64,000 nt of DNA from Octopus vulgaris. Its lineage: Eukaryota. Below, in pieces: positions 1 to 16,565 of the stretch (the first letter of the stretch is position 1; every line of letters begins with the position of its first letter). The position numbers and the translations under genes were made by a program. The notes below the pieces were generated by a model, which saw nothing but the letters and a program-made list of their open reading frames with translations, was not told the origin of the DNA and did not search any database. The DNA lies in contig OX597826.1 of assembly GCA_951406725.2 (NCBI GenBank), forward strand, positions 1,302,001-1,366,000, read 5' to 3'.

Positions 1-283
1 CTTCAGTTTTTCCTCTTTTTTTGGCCTCTTCATCTCCATGTCCACGGCTTTTGGAGCCGGTAGGAGCATCCGTACCTGGGTTCACCTCCCGGGCAGGCCT
101 ATCGTTGGAGTTTTCTTCCTGGGCGTCCACCAGGTGGGGGTGACCCTCCTCATCTGCGCCCACGTCTCCATCCTTGCCATCTTTACTTTGTTCGCGTTTT
201 TCGCTGTTAAAAATGGCATCCAGTGTGTTTATGTGCGATCTGACAAGTGCGTATGAGCGTACGAACTCTTGCCTCTTCCGCTC
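1..283 (-). mobile_element. GC/CpG-rich segment abutting the TA tract; possible 5' end of a retroelement (or an exon of a neighbouring gene)
   Basis: Sharp compositional switch at the microsatellite boundary; one minus-strand frame is open to the window edge (...[47 protein letters not shown]...); no diagnostic domain visible. Confidence 0.3.
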
Positions 284-3917
<3,634 letters not shown>

Positions 3918-4149
3918 AAAGGCTTTGTGGTCAGCCTGAGTCTGTAGAAGAAGACACTTTCCCAAGGTGCCACACAGTAGGACAGAACCCAGAACTATGT
4001 GTGAGGTTGGGAAGCAAGTGTTCTTACACAAGCTTTTGTATGGAATCTTTCAAATATGTTGTAAATGCAGAGTTTTATTTCTGTTATTTTGGCATTTTTA
4101 TTTACCTTTTCACATTCATTAGCAACTTTCATAATCTACATTTTCCAAC

Positions 4150-4464
4150 AGCGTTGCCGTACTGGCACGTGAACAAAACATTCGTGTGAGGTTATTGCCA
4201 GTGCTGCTGGACTGAATCCTGTGCAGGTGGCACGTAAAAACACCATTTGAGCGTGGCCGTTGCCAGTACTGCTAGACTGGCCCTCATGCCGATGGCACGT
4301 AAAAGCATTCACTACACTCACGGAGTGGTTGGCGTTAGGAAGGGCACCCAGCTGTAGAAACTCTGCCAGATCAGATTGGAGCCTGGTGCAGCCATCTGGT
4401 TTGCCAGTCTTCAGTCAAATCGTCCAACCCATGCCAGCATGGAAAGCGGACGTTAAATGATGAT
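4150..4464 (+). mobile_element. 3' part of an interspersed retroposon ending in a (TGA)n tail
   Basis: Internal ~60-nt tggcacgt duplications; ends aacccatgccagcatggaaagcggacgttaaatgatgat; related pieces at about 5000-5100, 18760-18840, 26015-26190, 41180-41290 and 53240-53345. Confidence 0.7.
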
Positions 4465-5339
4465 CTCCTCATTATTGATGGCTTGTTAAATCTCCCTGAG
4501 AACTATGTTAAGTTTATCTGTGGAGTGCTCAGCCACTTGCATGTTAATTTTACATGTTGGCTGGAACCCTTGTTGCCGTAAACAATGGAATGCCAGTTTT
4601 ACCTAAAAAGCTAATAAAATGCTTCTCCAGAAGCAACTTACTTAAAACTAGAATCCATGCCTACACGTAACATTCTGATGGCAGATTTCCATTTCTGGTC
4701 TATTGCCAATTAAATTAATTATACCTTATGCCAAATAATATAAAATAAGATAGTGAAATAATGAAGTGTAGAGGGTGTTTCAGTATTCATTTCATTCACC
4801 AGTGTTCCAAGTTCCAATCATGGCAACAGCAAGATCAAGTAATTGGCAACAACCTATTTGTTGATGAGTGTTCATCTTGACAATCACATGATGGTTGTAA
4901 ACAAGCATCACCGTCATACAAGTGGGGTTGTTCTTTTCCAGTCTTCTGTGAAAAACAAATGTCTAGCTATGGAGGAAAATATTTCTTTACTTGGAAATAG
5001 GTGAGGATTGGTGACAGTAAAGGAATCCAACCATAGAACAACTCTGCCTTGACAAATTCCATGTGACCCATGCAAAAGTGGATGTTAAAATTATGATTTC
5101 TTTCAGCTGACAGGGGCTGAATGAATCTGCTATACTCAAGTATCTTATAGTGCCTAATGCTAGACCGGTGTTCATTCTAGAATTCAGTGGTAGTTTAGCC
5201 TGGTGGTTGATGTTATTTAAGATATTAGCTCCAATTTATTATTTTTTTTTAATTAAGAGCCCAGGACTTTTTCTACTCACTAATGAAGTAAAAGAAAAAG
5301 AGACAAAATGAGACAAAAAAAAAACAAATACAGTAGACA

Positions 5340-7246
5340 TTTTAAGAATAAAACAACATTTATTCATTTTGAAGATGTCCAAAAGTAAAAAGCTTCCTGC
5401 TTATGTGCCTCCTTTAGTGGCTGTTCTGTAAGATTTTTTCTCTTTTTAATTTTTTTTTTTTTAATTACTTATATGGCAAAATATACATTAGTAATTGCTA
5501 GTTTGCAGCAGAAGAAGCAAGCTGGAGTAAAGGAATGGTAGCGACTTTGGAGAAATTCAGCAATGTACAACAAGTTAGTGGCTACTTCAGATGAAATCAC
5601 TTGCACTAATCGTGACCATAGTCGTAGTTCTGGTTGGTTGAGGTTTTATGTTTAAAAAATTTTTTTTGTGGTTTAAAAAATATATAATATATATATAACA
5701 GAGAGAGAGAATTCTACAAGGCAACAATGTTGTGATAGCAAAGTTTGCTTAAGGCATACCACAACACTGGGATAAAAAAAGCTACAGAACTCTTTTTCTG
5801 CATTTAAAGTATGGGAATGCTGCCTGGATTTGACTGCTTTTTGAAATAGAACCAGAATTTTTTTTTTTTTGAAAGAAAAAGGGGAGGGGAGGGGATTAAT
5901 TAACGCTTTGTATAAAAACCAAGCATTATTTCGAAATTTCTTTGAAGAAAAACAAACAGAAAGATGAAATAGAAATACATCTTTGAGAGAAGAGAAATTA
6001 GATGAACAAGCAACTGAAATAAGTATTTCGGCTGTAAAACAGAGATGGGCGGATATGCAACTGGATAAAGCAAAAAAGAAAATAAATAAAAGGCAAGAAA
6101 TAATAGAAATGTGTAAAAAAAAAAAAAATTAAACAAAGATCTAAATCGTTATTAGATTATTTTTCACAGCTTAGAAAAAAAAAAGGAAAGTAGAAATAAA
6201 ACCTAAATGCTAGCTACAATCCTACCCCCTCTGCCTTTCCAATGAAAGAGCAGCTAATACTAACAGACCCTCCTCACCCAATGTATGTACCTTGCAGTTT
6301 TCCCACCCATCCTTTTTTTTCAGGGGGGGGGGGATAAAAAAAAAACTAAGAAAATATACATCTTAAAAAATAGGAAGTTAAAAAGGTATTTTTTCTCCTT
6401 AAGAAAACAAAAAAAACAAACAAAACAATGTAAATTCCAAAGAGAAACTCTTGAATGAAAATTTAAATACAAAAATTTAAAAGAATTTTTTTTGTAGTCT
6501 TTTCTGCTTTCTTTTAAAAGAAAAAAAAAATATAATATATATATATATATATAAAAAAGATTAAAAAAAAGTCCAGGCATTTTACTGCAAAATATAAATT
6601 AGGACATTGTCCATCAAGCGTCTTTTGGATTTTATAAAAAGAAAATGCTTGGGCAGAGAGAAACTATGCAAATGGGTGTGTGGGTGTGTGTGTGTGTGTG
6701 TGTGTAAGGAGATGCATGTGCCACACTGATGCTCACCCCCCAAATGGAGACTTTCTTTTATATTTCACTTCTGATTATCATCATAATGTCTTTTTACATT
6801 ATAATCAGAATATGTTTCCTCCATCAACTCATCTTCCAAATCAAACAGATGGAGTGATAATTTACAAATAATATATATATATATATAAGCCACGTCAGAT
6901 GCCAGGATGAATTTAAGGTACAAGAGGCGGTCAGACTCTGCATAAGTAGTAAGACAACCACCATATATATTATATATATATTATATTGGTTTCAGATACA
7001 TATATATATATCTGTAACTTTAGATTTTCATTTTCCTCTAACATTGACATGAAACAGGAATTATTATTATTACTATTATTATTAATCATAATAATAATAA
7101 TAATAATATAAAGTACACCCCCCCAGCTCTCCAACTTTTACCATTATTATGAAATTTCCAGTATGTGTGTGTGATTTGTTGTTTATAATTTATGTAACAC
7201 AAATCCTTTCATACATATATATATATATATATATACATATATATAC

Positions 7247-7280
<34 letters not shown>

Positions 7281-7847
7281 GATAGAACTAGAATTCATGT
7301 GGGAGTCTTTCAAAAGACACATTTCCAGACATCATCAGAATGATATCTTTTAGTCTTTACTGCAGATAATTATTATTTTGTTTGTTCCATTTTTTTCTTG
7401 TATTTTTACTTTTTTTAGTCGAAAATTAACCAGAAACTATTGGTAAAAAAAAAAAAAAATTGAAATAAAATAAAATTAAAGATGGGAGAGGGGGTGGAGA
7501 GGAAGATGGAGGAGAAAGCGTATGGTGGCACATCGATGGAAGAGTACAAACAAGGAGAGGAGCAAGGGGGCAGAGTTGAAGGTTACTGGGAGTCAGCTAT
7601 ACCAGCAGTTAGAGAGGAGGAGGAGGAGAACTGCCCTAGTCAATTAAGACAAAAGAGAAATAATAATAATGAGGACCGACTAGGAAGTCTGTTATTTTTG
7701 TTTTCTTTGAACGTTTGTTGCAGTAGTAATAAAAAAACAGATGATCGTTCTTCAGCCACTTGGCTATGGTTTATAGCAGGCATAGGCATCGAGGAAACGA
7801 TAAGATGTTGTGAACACTGGTATATCGCACACATTCTCACTGTTACA
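5340..7847 (-). other. Probable non-coding 3'UTR exon of the 4.1/coracle gene
   Basis: Strong acceptor aaatttcttttttcag at 7848; candidate donor TCA|gtattg 9 nt after the stop (9368/9367); SINE-free 2.5 kb stretch; AATAAA at 5364-5359 followed by a GT/T-rich tract. Confidence 0.55.
5359..5364 (-). terminator. Candidate polyadenylation signal AATAAA
   Basis: tttatt on the plus strand; a U/GU-rich downstream element follows on the minus strand, and transposon-derived sequence resumes just beyond. Confidence 0.45.
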
Positions 7848-7924
7848 CTGAAAAAAGAAATTTGAAATATATTATTATTACTTTTATTATCTGTGAAATA
7901 TAATAACAACTGTTTCAAATTTTA

Positions 7925-9075
7925 ACACGAGGCCAGCAGATTTAGGGGAACGGGAAGGCAATTACTTTGAGCCTAGTGTTTAACTGGTCCTTATTTCATA
8001 GACCTCGAAAGGGTGAAAAGCTAAGTTGATCTTGGTGGCATCTAAGTTCAGAATGTTAAGTCAGAAGGAATGCCACTAAGTATTTTCAGCTTGCTGCCAT
8101 AATAATAATAATAATAATTCTTTCTTATTTTGGCACAACAATTTTGAGGGGTGGGGAAGCTGATTACGTCAACCCCCAGCTCTCAACTGGAACGTATTTT
8201 ATTGACTCCAAAAGGATGAAAGGCAGAGTCGTCCTCGGCAGAATTTGAACTAAGAATGTAAAACTGGATAAAATGAATGCCAAGCATAATTAACAATCCT
8301 TTCCACTAACGGTGAAAGGCCTGAAATTTGGCGGGAGGGGACTAATGAATTACATTGGACGCCAGTGTTTCACTGGTACTTAATTTATTGACTCCAAAAG
8401 GATGAAAGGCAAAGTTGACCTTGGCAGAATTTGAACTCAGAATGTAGAGATGGATAAAATGCTGCTAAGCATTTTGTCCAGTGTGCTGACGATTCTGCCA
8501 GCTCACCACTTTAATAATAATAATCCTTTCTACTGTAGGCACAAGGCCTCAAAAATTGACCCCAGTACAATACTGGTATGTAATTTATTGACCCCAAAAG
8601 GATGAAAAGCAAAGTCAACCTCAGTGGAATTTGAACTCAGAATGTAGCTACAGGCAAAATATCGGTGAGCATTTCACCTGGCATGCTAACGATTTTGCCA
8701 GCTCACCGACTTAATAATAATAATCGTTTCTACTAAAGGTGCCAGGCCTGAAATTTGTGGGGAGAAGACTATTCGATTACATTAACCCCCAGTGTTTTAC
8801 TGGTACTTAATTTATTGACCCTGAAAAGGTTAAATAAAAGCCTGAAAACAAGAAATGGAAGTTTTAATTGAGGCAGCAATAATTGATTCCTATCAATAGC
8901 ATAACGAGTCAAATGTTTGGTTGATTAAATTGACCTTCAAAACTGATTGGTACTTTATTTTATCAACCTTGGAATGATGAATGGTAAAGTCGACAGCATA
9001 AGGTTTTGAGTTTGGAGATATGAAGGTCCTGTAACTAAACACTGCAAGACATTTATCTGATGTTATGAATCTGCC
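7925..9075 (-). mobile_element. Tandem cluster of about six tRNA-derived SINE copies separated by (AAT)n
   Basis: Repeated ggcacaaggcctgaaattt...gaccccgaaaggatgaaaggcaaagttgacc...gaatttgaactcagaa...ctgccagctc; B-box GAGTTCAAATTC on the minus strand. Confidence 0.85.
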
Positions 9076-9376
9076 AAAAATCCATAAGTCAACAAGGGAA
9101 ACTCTATGCAAAACAACAAGGCAGCTTGGATATGGTCAGTTGTTAGCAATCGTAGTCAAATTTCTTTTGAATCACGCTTCGGTTGTTTGTTTAACATCCA
9201 TTTTGCCATGGCTTGGATAGAAAGTGATTTTGAAGTAGGACTTTACAACCAGAGTGGAATGCTTTTAATTGTGACTAACCAGGGTTTTCCAACAACACCA
9301 ACATAAACAAATTTAAAGAAAGTATAAGGGAGAGTGGCTGTACTTACTGAAGGGTCTCAAACAATACTGAAAGATG

Positions 9377-9478
9377 TTAGTCATCATTTACTTCTTCAAT
9401 TTCCTTCATGTATTCTATTTTTTCCACAGACAAGTCAGCGTTCATCTGTGTTACAGAACGGATTGCCTCTGCAAGTGC
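9377..9478 (-). CDS. EPB41: 4.1/coracle last coding exon (end of the CTD, stop codon)
   Basis: ctttgattccag acceptor; ALAEAIRSVTQMNADLSVEKIEYMKEIEEVNDD* (TAA at 9379-9377), resembling 4.1-family ALAQAIKEAKEQHPDMSVTKV. Confidence 0.92.
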   Translation of the reverse strand, partial: ALAEAIRSVTQMNADLSVEKIEYMKEIEEVNDD

Positions 9479-10699
9479 CTGGAATCAAAGAGCAACACAA
9501 CAAATTAATCATAGTATTTACTAGTAAATTAGGAAGGAGATAGGTGAATAGATCGAAGTGGAAATGCTTGATTGAGGAAGTAACAAGCCAACCAGAAGGT
9601 GTTGTAACTGCAGGCGAATACTGGCACCTCCAAGTAAACCTTATTGCCATGACTTGATTAACTCAACAGCCAAGCATAGAGTACGTTTAAGAGAGGTGGG
9701 TCAGACTTCCAAATAAAATTATATATATAATTATCTGAACAGTGGATCAAAAGTTCAACGAAAGAAATCAAAAAAGACTGAAAGATGCAGATGTTAATAA
9801 TTTTAAATGCCAACAGTAGATTTGAAAAGCTATTCTAGGAGCAGGTAGTCTGGGTTTTTTCTATCACTCTGGCATTCCACTTTTGAATTTGAGATCTTTT
9901 CAAAAATGATTCTTCTTCTAAAGGTTCAAGGGTCATCCTTACTCTCCGTCATCATTGCTTAAGGTCTGTTTTCCATGCTGGCAGGCGTTGCAGGGATTGT
10001 CATCCCCTAGAAAAAACCCACCAATAGGTCACAAGCTTCATGTCTTCACCAGGTACAATGCAAATAGATCACAGGTTTTGTTCAGAAGAGGGTTTCAGCT
10101 CAGCGCTACAAACTTAACGACTTCCAATTATACACAACTAAGAGCAGATAACTCCTCCAGATGTTTCTTCATTTCTTGCTTCCAAAAATGATCACAGAAT
10201 CTGCCCCCCCCCCACACAACCACACACACAAAAAAAAAAGAAACAAAAGCTTTACTCACAGCATCATAATCAATATCATCATTATCACTGGTGATGGTCA
10301 CTTTCTTTTCTACTCGTGTCTCGATCATTCCATCCTTCTCAGTTCGATACTGAAGTTGCAGGAGGTGGGGGGGGGGGAGAGAAAAATAAAACAAAAGAAC
10401 ATACAAAAATACATGAAAATAGAAACGTGGGTTTATTTTGCATTCAGATATTTTCCTCTTCATTTTAAAACAATTTTTATATCAGAGCAGAACAATAAAA
10501 AAAAAACAAAATGTATTTTTCTTTCAAATAGGGATAAATTTATATTATAACATGGTTAAATAAACGTCCACTTGATACAGAAAATTACCAAAAAGCCTAA
10601 TTCTATATGAAAGTTCAGAAGAATGATTCTAAATCAGTTTGTCCCTAATACATTTCTTTTCTATATCAATTCCTGTAAAACAAGTTATGAAATTATATA

Positions 10700-10731
<32 letters not shown>

Positions 10732-13700
10732 GTATATACTTATTAAGTAAAATGAGAACAAAAGATTAAGACTTTCGATGTTTCTGTTAAAAAAAGCAGT
10801 TAATCTAATCTAATTCCTAATTAGAATATTTTAAGTTTTCACAGGGAACAAAAATAATGTGTCCTAATTATAAAATCATAATATTATCCCTAAAGTCTGC
10901 TTATTTCATAAACTACTCTTGCAGTTCTGAACATTTTGCTTTATATCAATTTTTTTTTACAATTAAAATTTTTAATACCTAAAACATCAAAACAAAATAA
11001 AAAGTTTCAGGGTTGAAAAAAAAAAAAAAAAAAAAACAAACCTTAGAAACCTGAAGAAGTTTTTTAAAAGGACAGTGCTTAGCACCATTTTAATATTAAT
11101 TACATTACAGCAAGTCTTCACTGGTTAAGCACGGGTGACATTCTCGTATGAGAGAGTACACATTTAAGACACAGAAAGAGTTAAGTGTCTTGCTTAAACA
11201 CACAGTGAAATGAAGCTAAGTGGGTTGAACCAGGTCTGTAAGTTGTTATAGTCAAGTACCACTCAGTCAAATCTTATTTATTTATTAATTTGAAGCCAGT
11301 AATTGAAATGAAGATTTTTGTAATTCATCAGGCAAACATTATCTGGAAAGAAAACAAGGTTCTAATCCAAAGTGACACCAGAGGGCCACTATTTCATTGC
11401 TTAACACAAGTCCTGAGAGTCACATGTGAAGGGAAGTAATTCTCAACTGAAGAGTTTTCAGAAAACCATTTCGGGGTGTGGGGGAGCAACTGTACATCAC
11501 TTAATAATATAATTAGTAAAGAAATGATTCAGCATCACGGAATATCTTGGTTATAAATTCAACCAGTCATATAATTCAAAGTCCATGAGCAGGTGGATAT
11601 TCTCGAAAGCTGGGAGCTTATGTTTCTCTCGCAGGTACTCTTTTCATTATAAACGATACAATAAATATTACTACTTGAATATTCTTTGAAGTTGCATGCT
11701 GAATGGAGCATTCTTTAACTCAAAACAGACAGCAAAATATAGAAACAAGGAATGCTCAGTTTAGTAAGTAAAATAAAATTTAAATCACAGAGAAGTAGTA
11801 ATATTTATCTAATATAATAAATATATTCACCCCAGCAACATACTGAGGACTTCTTTCTGTTCATGAAATCATTTACAAATTATATAACAGATACATCACA
11901 ACTGAGTTTTGCCACAAAATGGCTCTTCAGGTAATTTGAGATAGATGAGATCCATTGTTCTGCATGCATATGTCAATTCTTAAGACAAGAATAGAGATAT
12001 TCCATTGGGTTACAATGGATGGTGTTTAAACCCTGCAGTGTATGCTTTCATTGCCAACTACATTCACAGGATTCCCAACGCATGTGTTTGGTGAATGTGA
12101 ACATGTTTGTGTGTGTGTGTGTGTGTGCATCAATGGAAATAGGGTGTGTGGATTTATTTATGTCAGTGTTGGTAGTGTTGAATAGCTTATTTTGAGAGTT
12201 TGGTTAAAGATTTTTCTGCACTTGTGTCTAGAACAAAAGTGGGTTGTAACAAGATGCAGGGAGCTTTTGTCCATTTGGTTGTGTGCATATTGGTTGTTGG
12301 ATGCTATTTCACTATAAGATATTGCAGACATTTTCCTGCTCAAACTAATAGATTTCTAAGAATATATTGAGAGCTATTTGAATTTCTATGTGTAAGATAG
12401 AGTCATTTGTCATAATATACAGCTGAAATATTTAGTCATTAAGGCTGAATGTTATGTCTAAGAAACTGACTGCAATCAGTTCACTACATATTGTAATTTA
12501 AAGTTCAGTATGGTTGAATAGTTTAGTTTTATGCTTCCTGAACTTATCTGTGAACTGCTAACATAGCTTTGAAGATTGTCACCTCAATAAATTCCTCCAT
12601 TAGTAGTATGGAATCTGTTGTGCATTAAGCTGAAAATGCATAATTTGATTAAATTTCCAAAGAATCTGAATTTCATGCTGACATCAAAGAGATCTGTGTT
12701 ATATTAACCAACACAGCTTTGAGTATATGGGAATGACTGCCAATCAATTTAAGAATAAATTATCAACATAGTTACTCATTCTGGATACACAGGCACATAC
12801 ACTGAACCTGTCAAACACTCGCACAAATATGTTCACATTTACTGTCAACAGAATTTTATGAATACAACAGCCAATAAAATCACAAACTGCCCAATTCAAA
12901 TACACTATCACCATAACAGCAGGTCACCTCTATTCTTGCCATATGTATATGGTGCTTCTCTCACATTACCAGAAGTGCTATATTATGCTGTCACTAATTG
13001 TAATATCCACCTATTTATATATAATACATACAATACTCTGCAAATTAACACCGAGTTTGTTTTTTTAATCATATTGGTACTTATTTGTTTTCAATGTAAT
13101 ATCACATAAAAACAAATTCCAAAGAAGCATCAACCAATTTTCATGACATAAGAACAAATAAACTGTCCATGGAAGTGACATGATAAAATATATTAGAATT
13201 CAGTGCTTGACCAGCGAGACTGAAAAAGTAGCCAAAATGATAGAAAAATAGATTAAAAAAACACACACACAAAAGCATTCAGTAGAAATAAAAATGGAAG
13301 GGCGAAAATGTGAAGCAGCGTTAAAGTAAAAATTGATTGAAGCATACCAAATAGATTCCAGTTTAGATAGAAAAAATGGTAAGAGAACATGTGGATGGAA
13401 TTTGTTATTGTAAGAACATTTGATTCCAGTAAACTGATAGCAAAGCTAATCCCCCCCCCCCTGTGCACACAAACAGAATACTATGAAGTATGATGGCATG
13501 CTGTGATGAACAGGAAAAAAATTGGACTGGGTTTACAATAGAATAAATAAGTGGAGATAATTCCATTCTTTATGTATTTGATAAAGTTGAAGATAACTGA
13601 AAAACAGGGAGAGAGAGGCCAGCATCCTATTTTTCAAGTTGTCTAATGAGCCTGAAGGACTGCTTGGAGACACAAAGCCTGTTATATATATCTACCAAAC

Positions 13701-16534
13701 TATTGTTTCCATAGGATGAAGCTCAGTAGCTTACATTTAAATACTGTGAATATATCAAATGATATTTACCACTCACTGGATGGAGTATTTTTTTGTTAAC
13801 CCTACCTATAATATATATTGATATATATATATATATATATATATCGTATTTACTGTTCTTCTTCTCAAATATAATGTCAAATGTTGAGTAAAATATGAAT
13901 TTATTTATTTAGGGAGATCGAAAAGAAATGGAAATATTCTATCTTAAATGTCTCAATGGTTATCAGGAATTATAAAAGGAAACAAATTGTAGGGATGTTT
14001 TAACTAATTACAGAAGAATAAGAAAAAAAATTGAAGTTTGCAATTAACTCATTAGAAAAAAATCATTAAGGAATTAAACAAGAATAGATACACATCATTT
14101 AATTTGAGCAATTTCAAGCCAACAGGGCAGCCTCTAGTGTCATTGCACCTGCTAGAAATAACAGCTAAATCTCACTTAAATTGCAGCCTGTAGCTTTTTA
14201 AAAACATTTTCCAAGAGGATCTTTGGTTAACAAAAAGACAAGATGGAATGCAAGATGGAATGCTTGATTATAAGTCTGCTTAGTCATAAGGCTAATATGG
14301 GGTGGGGGCTAAACAAAGATAACTATTTAAATTATTCTCAGCAATCAGAAATAATCTAAAGCACTCTTGAAGTAAAAATAGCAGATTGACGATAGCCAAT
14401 TCTAAGAGTCAGAGACTTTTAAACTAACAGTAAGATGAAGTTGACTGAAACAGCACCAGTCTTTGGTTTATTTTAAAGATGGCACCTGAAACCTTTCTAC
14501 AGAAGTACTATGGAAGATCTCCCACAAGGTCCTGTCTTGATTGTGGTATGGCAATTTGTGTCTCAATGACCTTGAGAACTATGCCAGCAGAACACAAGCT
14601 GCTGATAGAGGGCTTCTTATGTTGGACAGAGGCCAGACTAATAGGGACCGCTTCTTCTCAGAGGTATAAAAATGGGTTTGTGAAGGCGCAACACTCCGAC
14701 CTACAAATGGCAAAATTACTGAAGCACTGATGACAATTGAAAACTAACAATACTTGGGATAAGAAGGCCTTCCTTCAGGGACACATATCTGGAATGTACA
14801 AAGGGGGCAGAAAAGAAGACGCCCGAAAAATAACTGAAGATAGAGGTGTAAAAGTAGGGATACAACTGGGGAGAAGTAGAAAAGACAACCCAGAGTTGAA
14901 AACAGTGGCGACATGTCGAGAACCTGTGGTCCACAGGGAGTACAGGGCTTAAGTTGTAAGCACTATGAAAGGAGTCAGGTGTTATTTAGGTTGTCAGTAA
15001 AAAGCTCCAGCTGGGACAATAAAACTAAGTAAGAATTTCTTTGGAGATTCAGAAAGCAAGAGACAGTTCAGTATTTTACTCAGGGACAAAACAATGCCTG
15101 CAGATAGATATGAACTACTAATCCAGTGACATCTGAAGAGAACAGTACCTAACTTACATGACCATTGCAGTGCCCCTCAAGTTGGAATAATAATGACTTC
15201 TCCTCCAAGCCTCAGGGTGGCACAAAACCAGTTTATGGAGAGAGAGAGAGAGTGTGTGTGTGTGTCAATCAATCGGACTGATTTGGTGTTTCATTGGTAT
15301 TTGTTGATTTCTGACTGAGGCGGACGAAAGAGCAAAGTTTGTCTTAAGAGTGAGTCAAACACAGAATATAATCAAAATTCAATAATATCACCAGGGTCTC
15401 TGATCTGGCATTCTGTGACTAACTTGCTGCCAAAGATGAAATATTTTTAAGACCAAGTAACAACAATCAACATTAAAACAATGCTGATCCAAAGATACCA
15501 AAAGTCAGAGATCAAACAAATGGAAGAAAACAAACAAAAAAAAAAACTATTTTTAATATCAACCGAATAAAACTAAATTTTGATATTAAAAAATGATTTA
15601 AAAACAGAGGAGAACAACAATGACAGCCAAACAGAAAATGATGAAATACACTAAAGCTGAAGTGAGCAAAACTACAGAAGAAAACAACTACATAAAGAGA
15701 ACAGGCCACACACACATACTATGTGTGTGTGTGTGTGTGTGTGTGGCTATACATATATGTGTGTGTGTGAGTTTATCAGAGTACTTACCATCAGTTTACT
15801 CTGAAGTTATGTTTTTACCAATTTAAAGAGTTGTATGAAAACCCATTCTACATCATAAAGTAATGTGTGAAGATCTTGTGTCAGTCCAAGTTAGTAAAGC
15901 TACATGGAAAGTCAGCTATGCAGACATACTAACCTACCATTAGTTATACACTATTAGTTCAACTAGAGATAATATAAATATATTATCTGCTAGTAGAGCA
16001 ATGACTAGTTAGTCACACTATTTAGACATGAAGAGTAAAAGAAAAACCACTTAGTCCATCCATATAATGTGGGTGTGTATACATACATATACACACATAT
16101 ATACAGGGTGATTCAAAGTCTCCATACAGAGGAAAAATTGATTTTTTTAATAAGAAACAGTTTATAAGATTCCCTGATCTGACCCCTGTTGATTTCTGTC
16201 TTTGGGGTCATTTGAAAGGCGTGGTGTATAGCGGAAAGATAAAAGACCTAAATCATTTGAAGGAACGCATCACCGACCCCTTTGCACACGTGTCACCAGA
16301 TGTGCTGCTGCTGCTACGAGCTCCCGTTGAGTGGGGGCAGACGTACTGCAGTGTCTATTCAAAAACAATGGGAACCACAGAGAGACTGTGAGATAGAGAA
16401 CAAACAAACTTCTTATAAACTGTTTCTTATAGAAAGATAAATTATTCCTATGCATGGTGACTTTTGAATCACCCTGTATACACACACACATATATGCATG
16501 TGTGTGTGTATGTATATATATATATGTGTGTATG

Positions 16535-16565
<31 letters not shown>

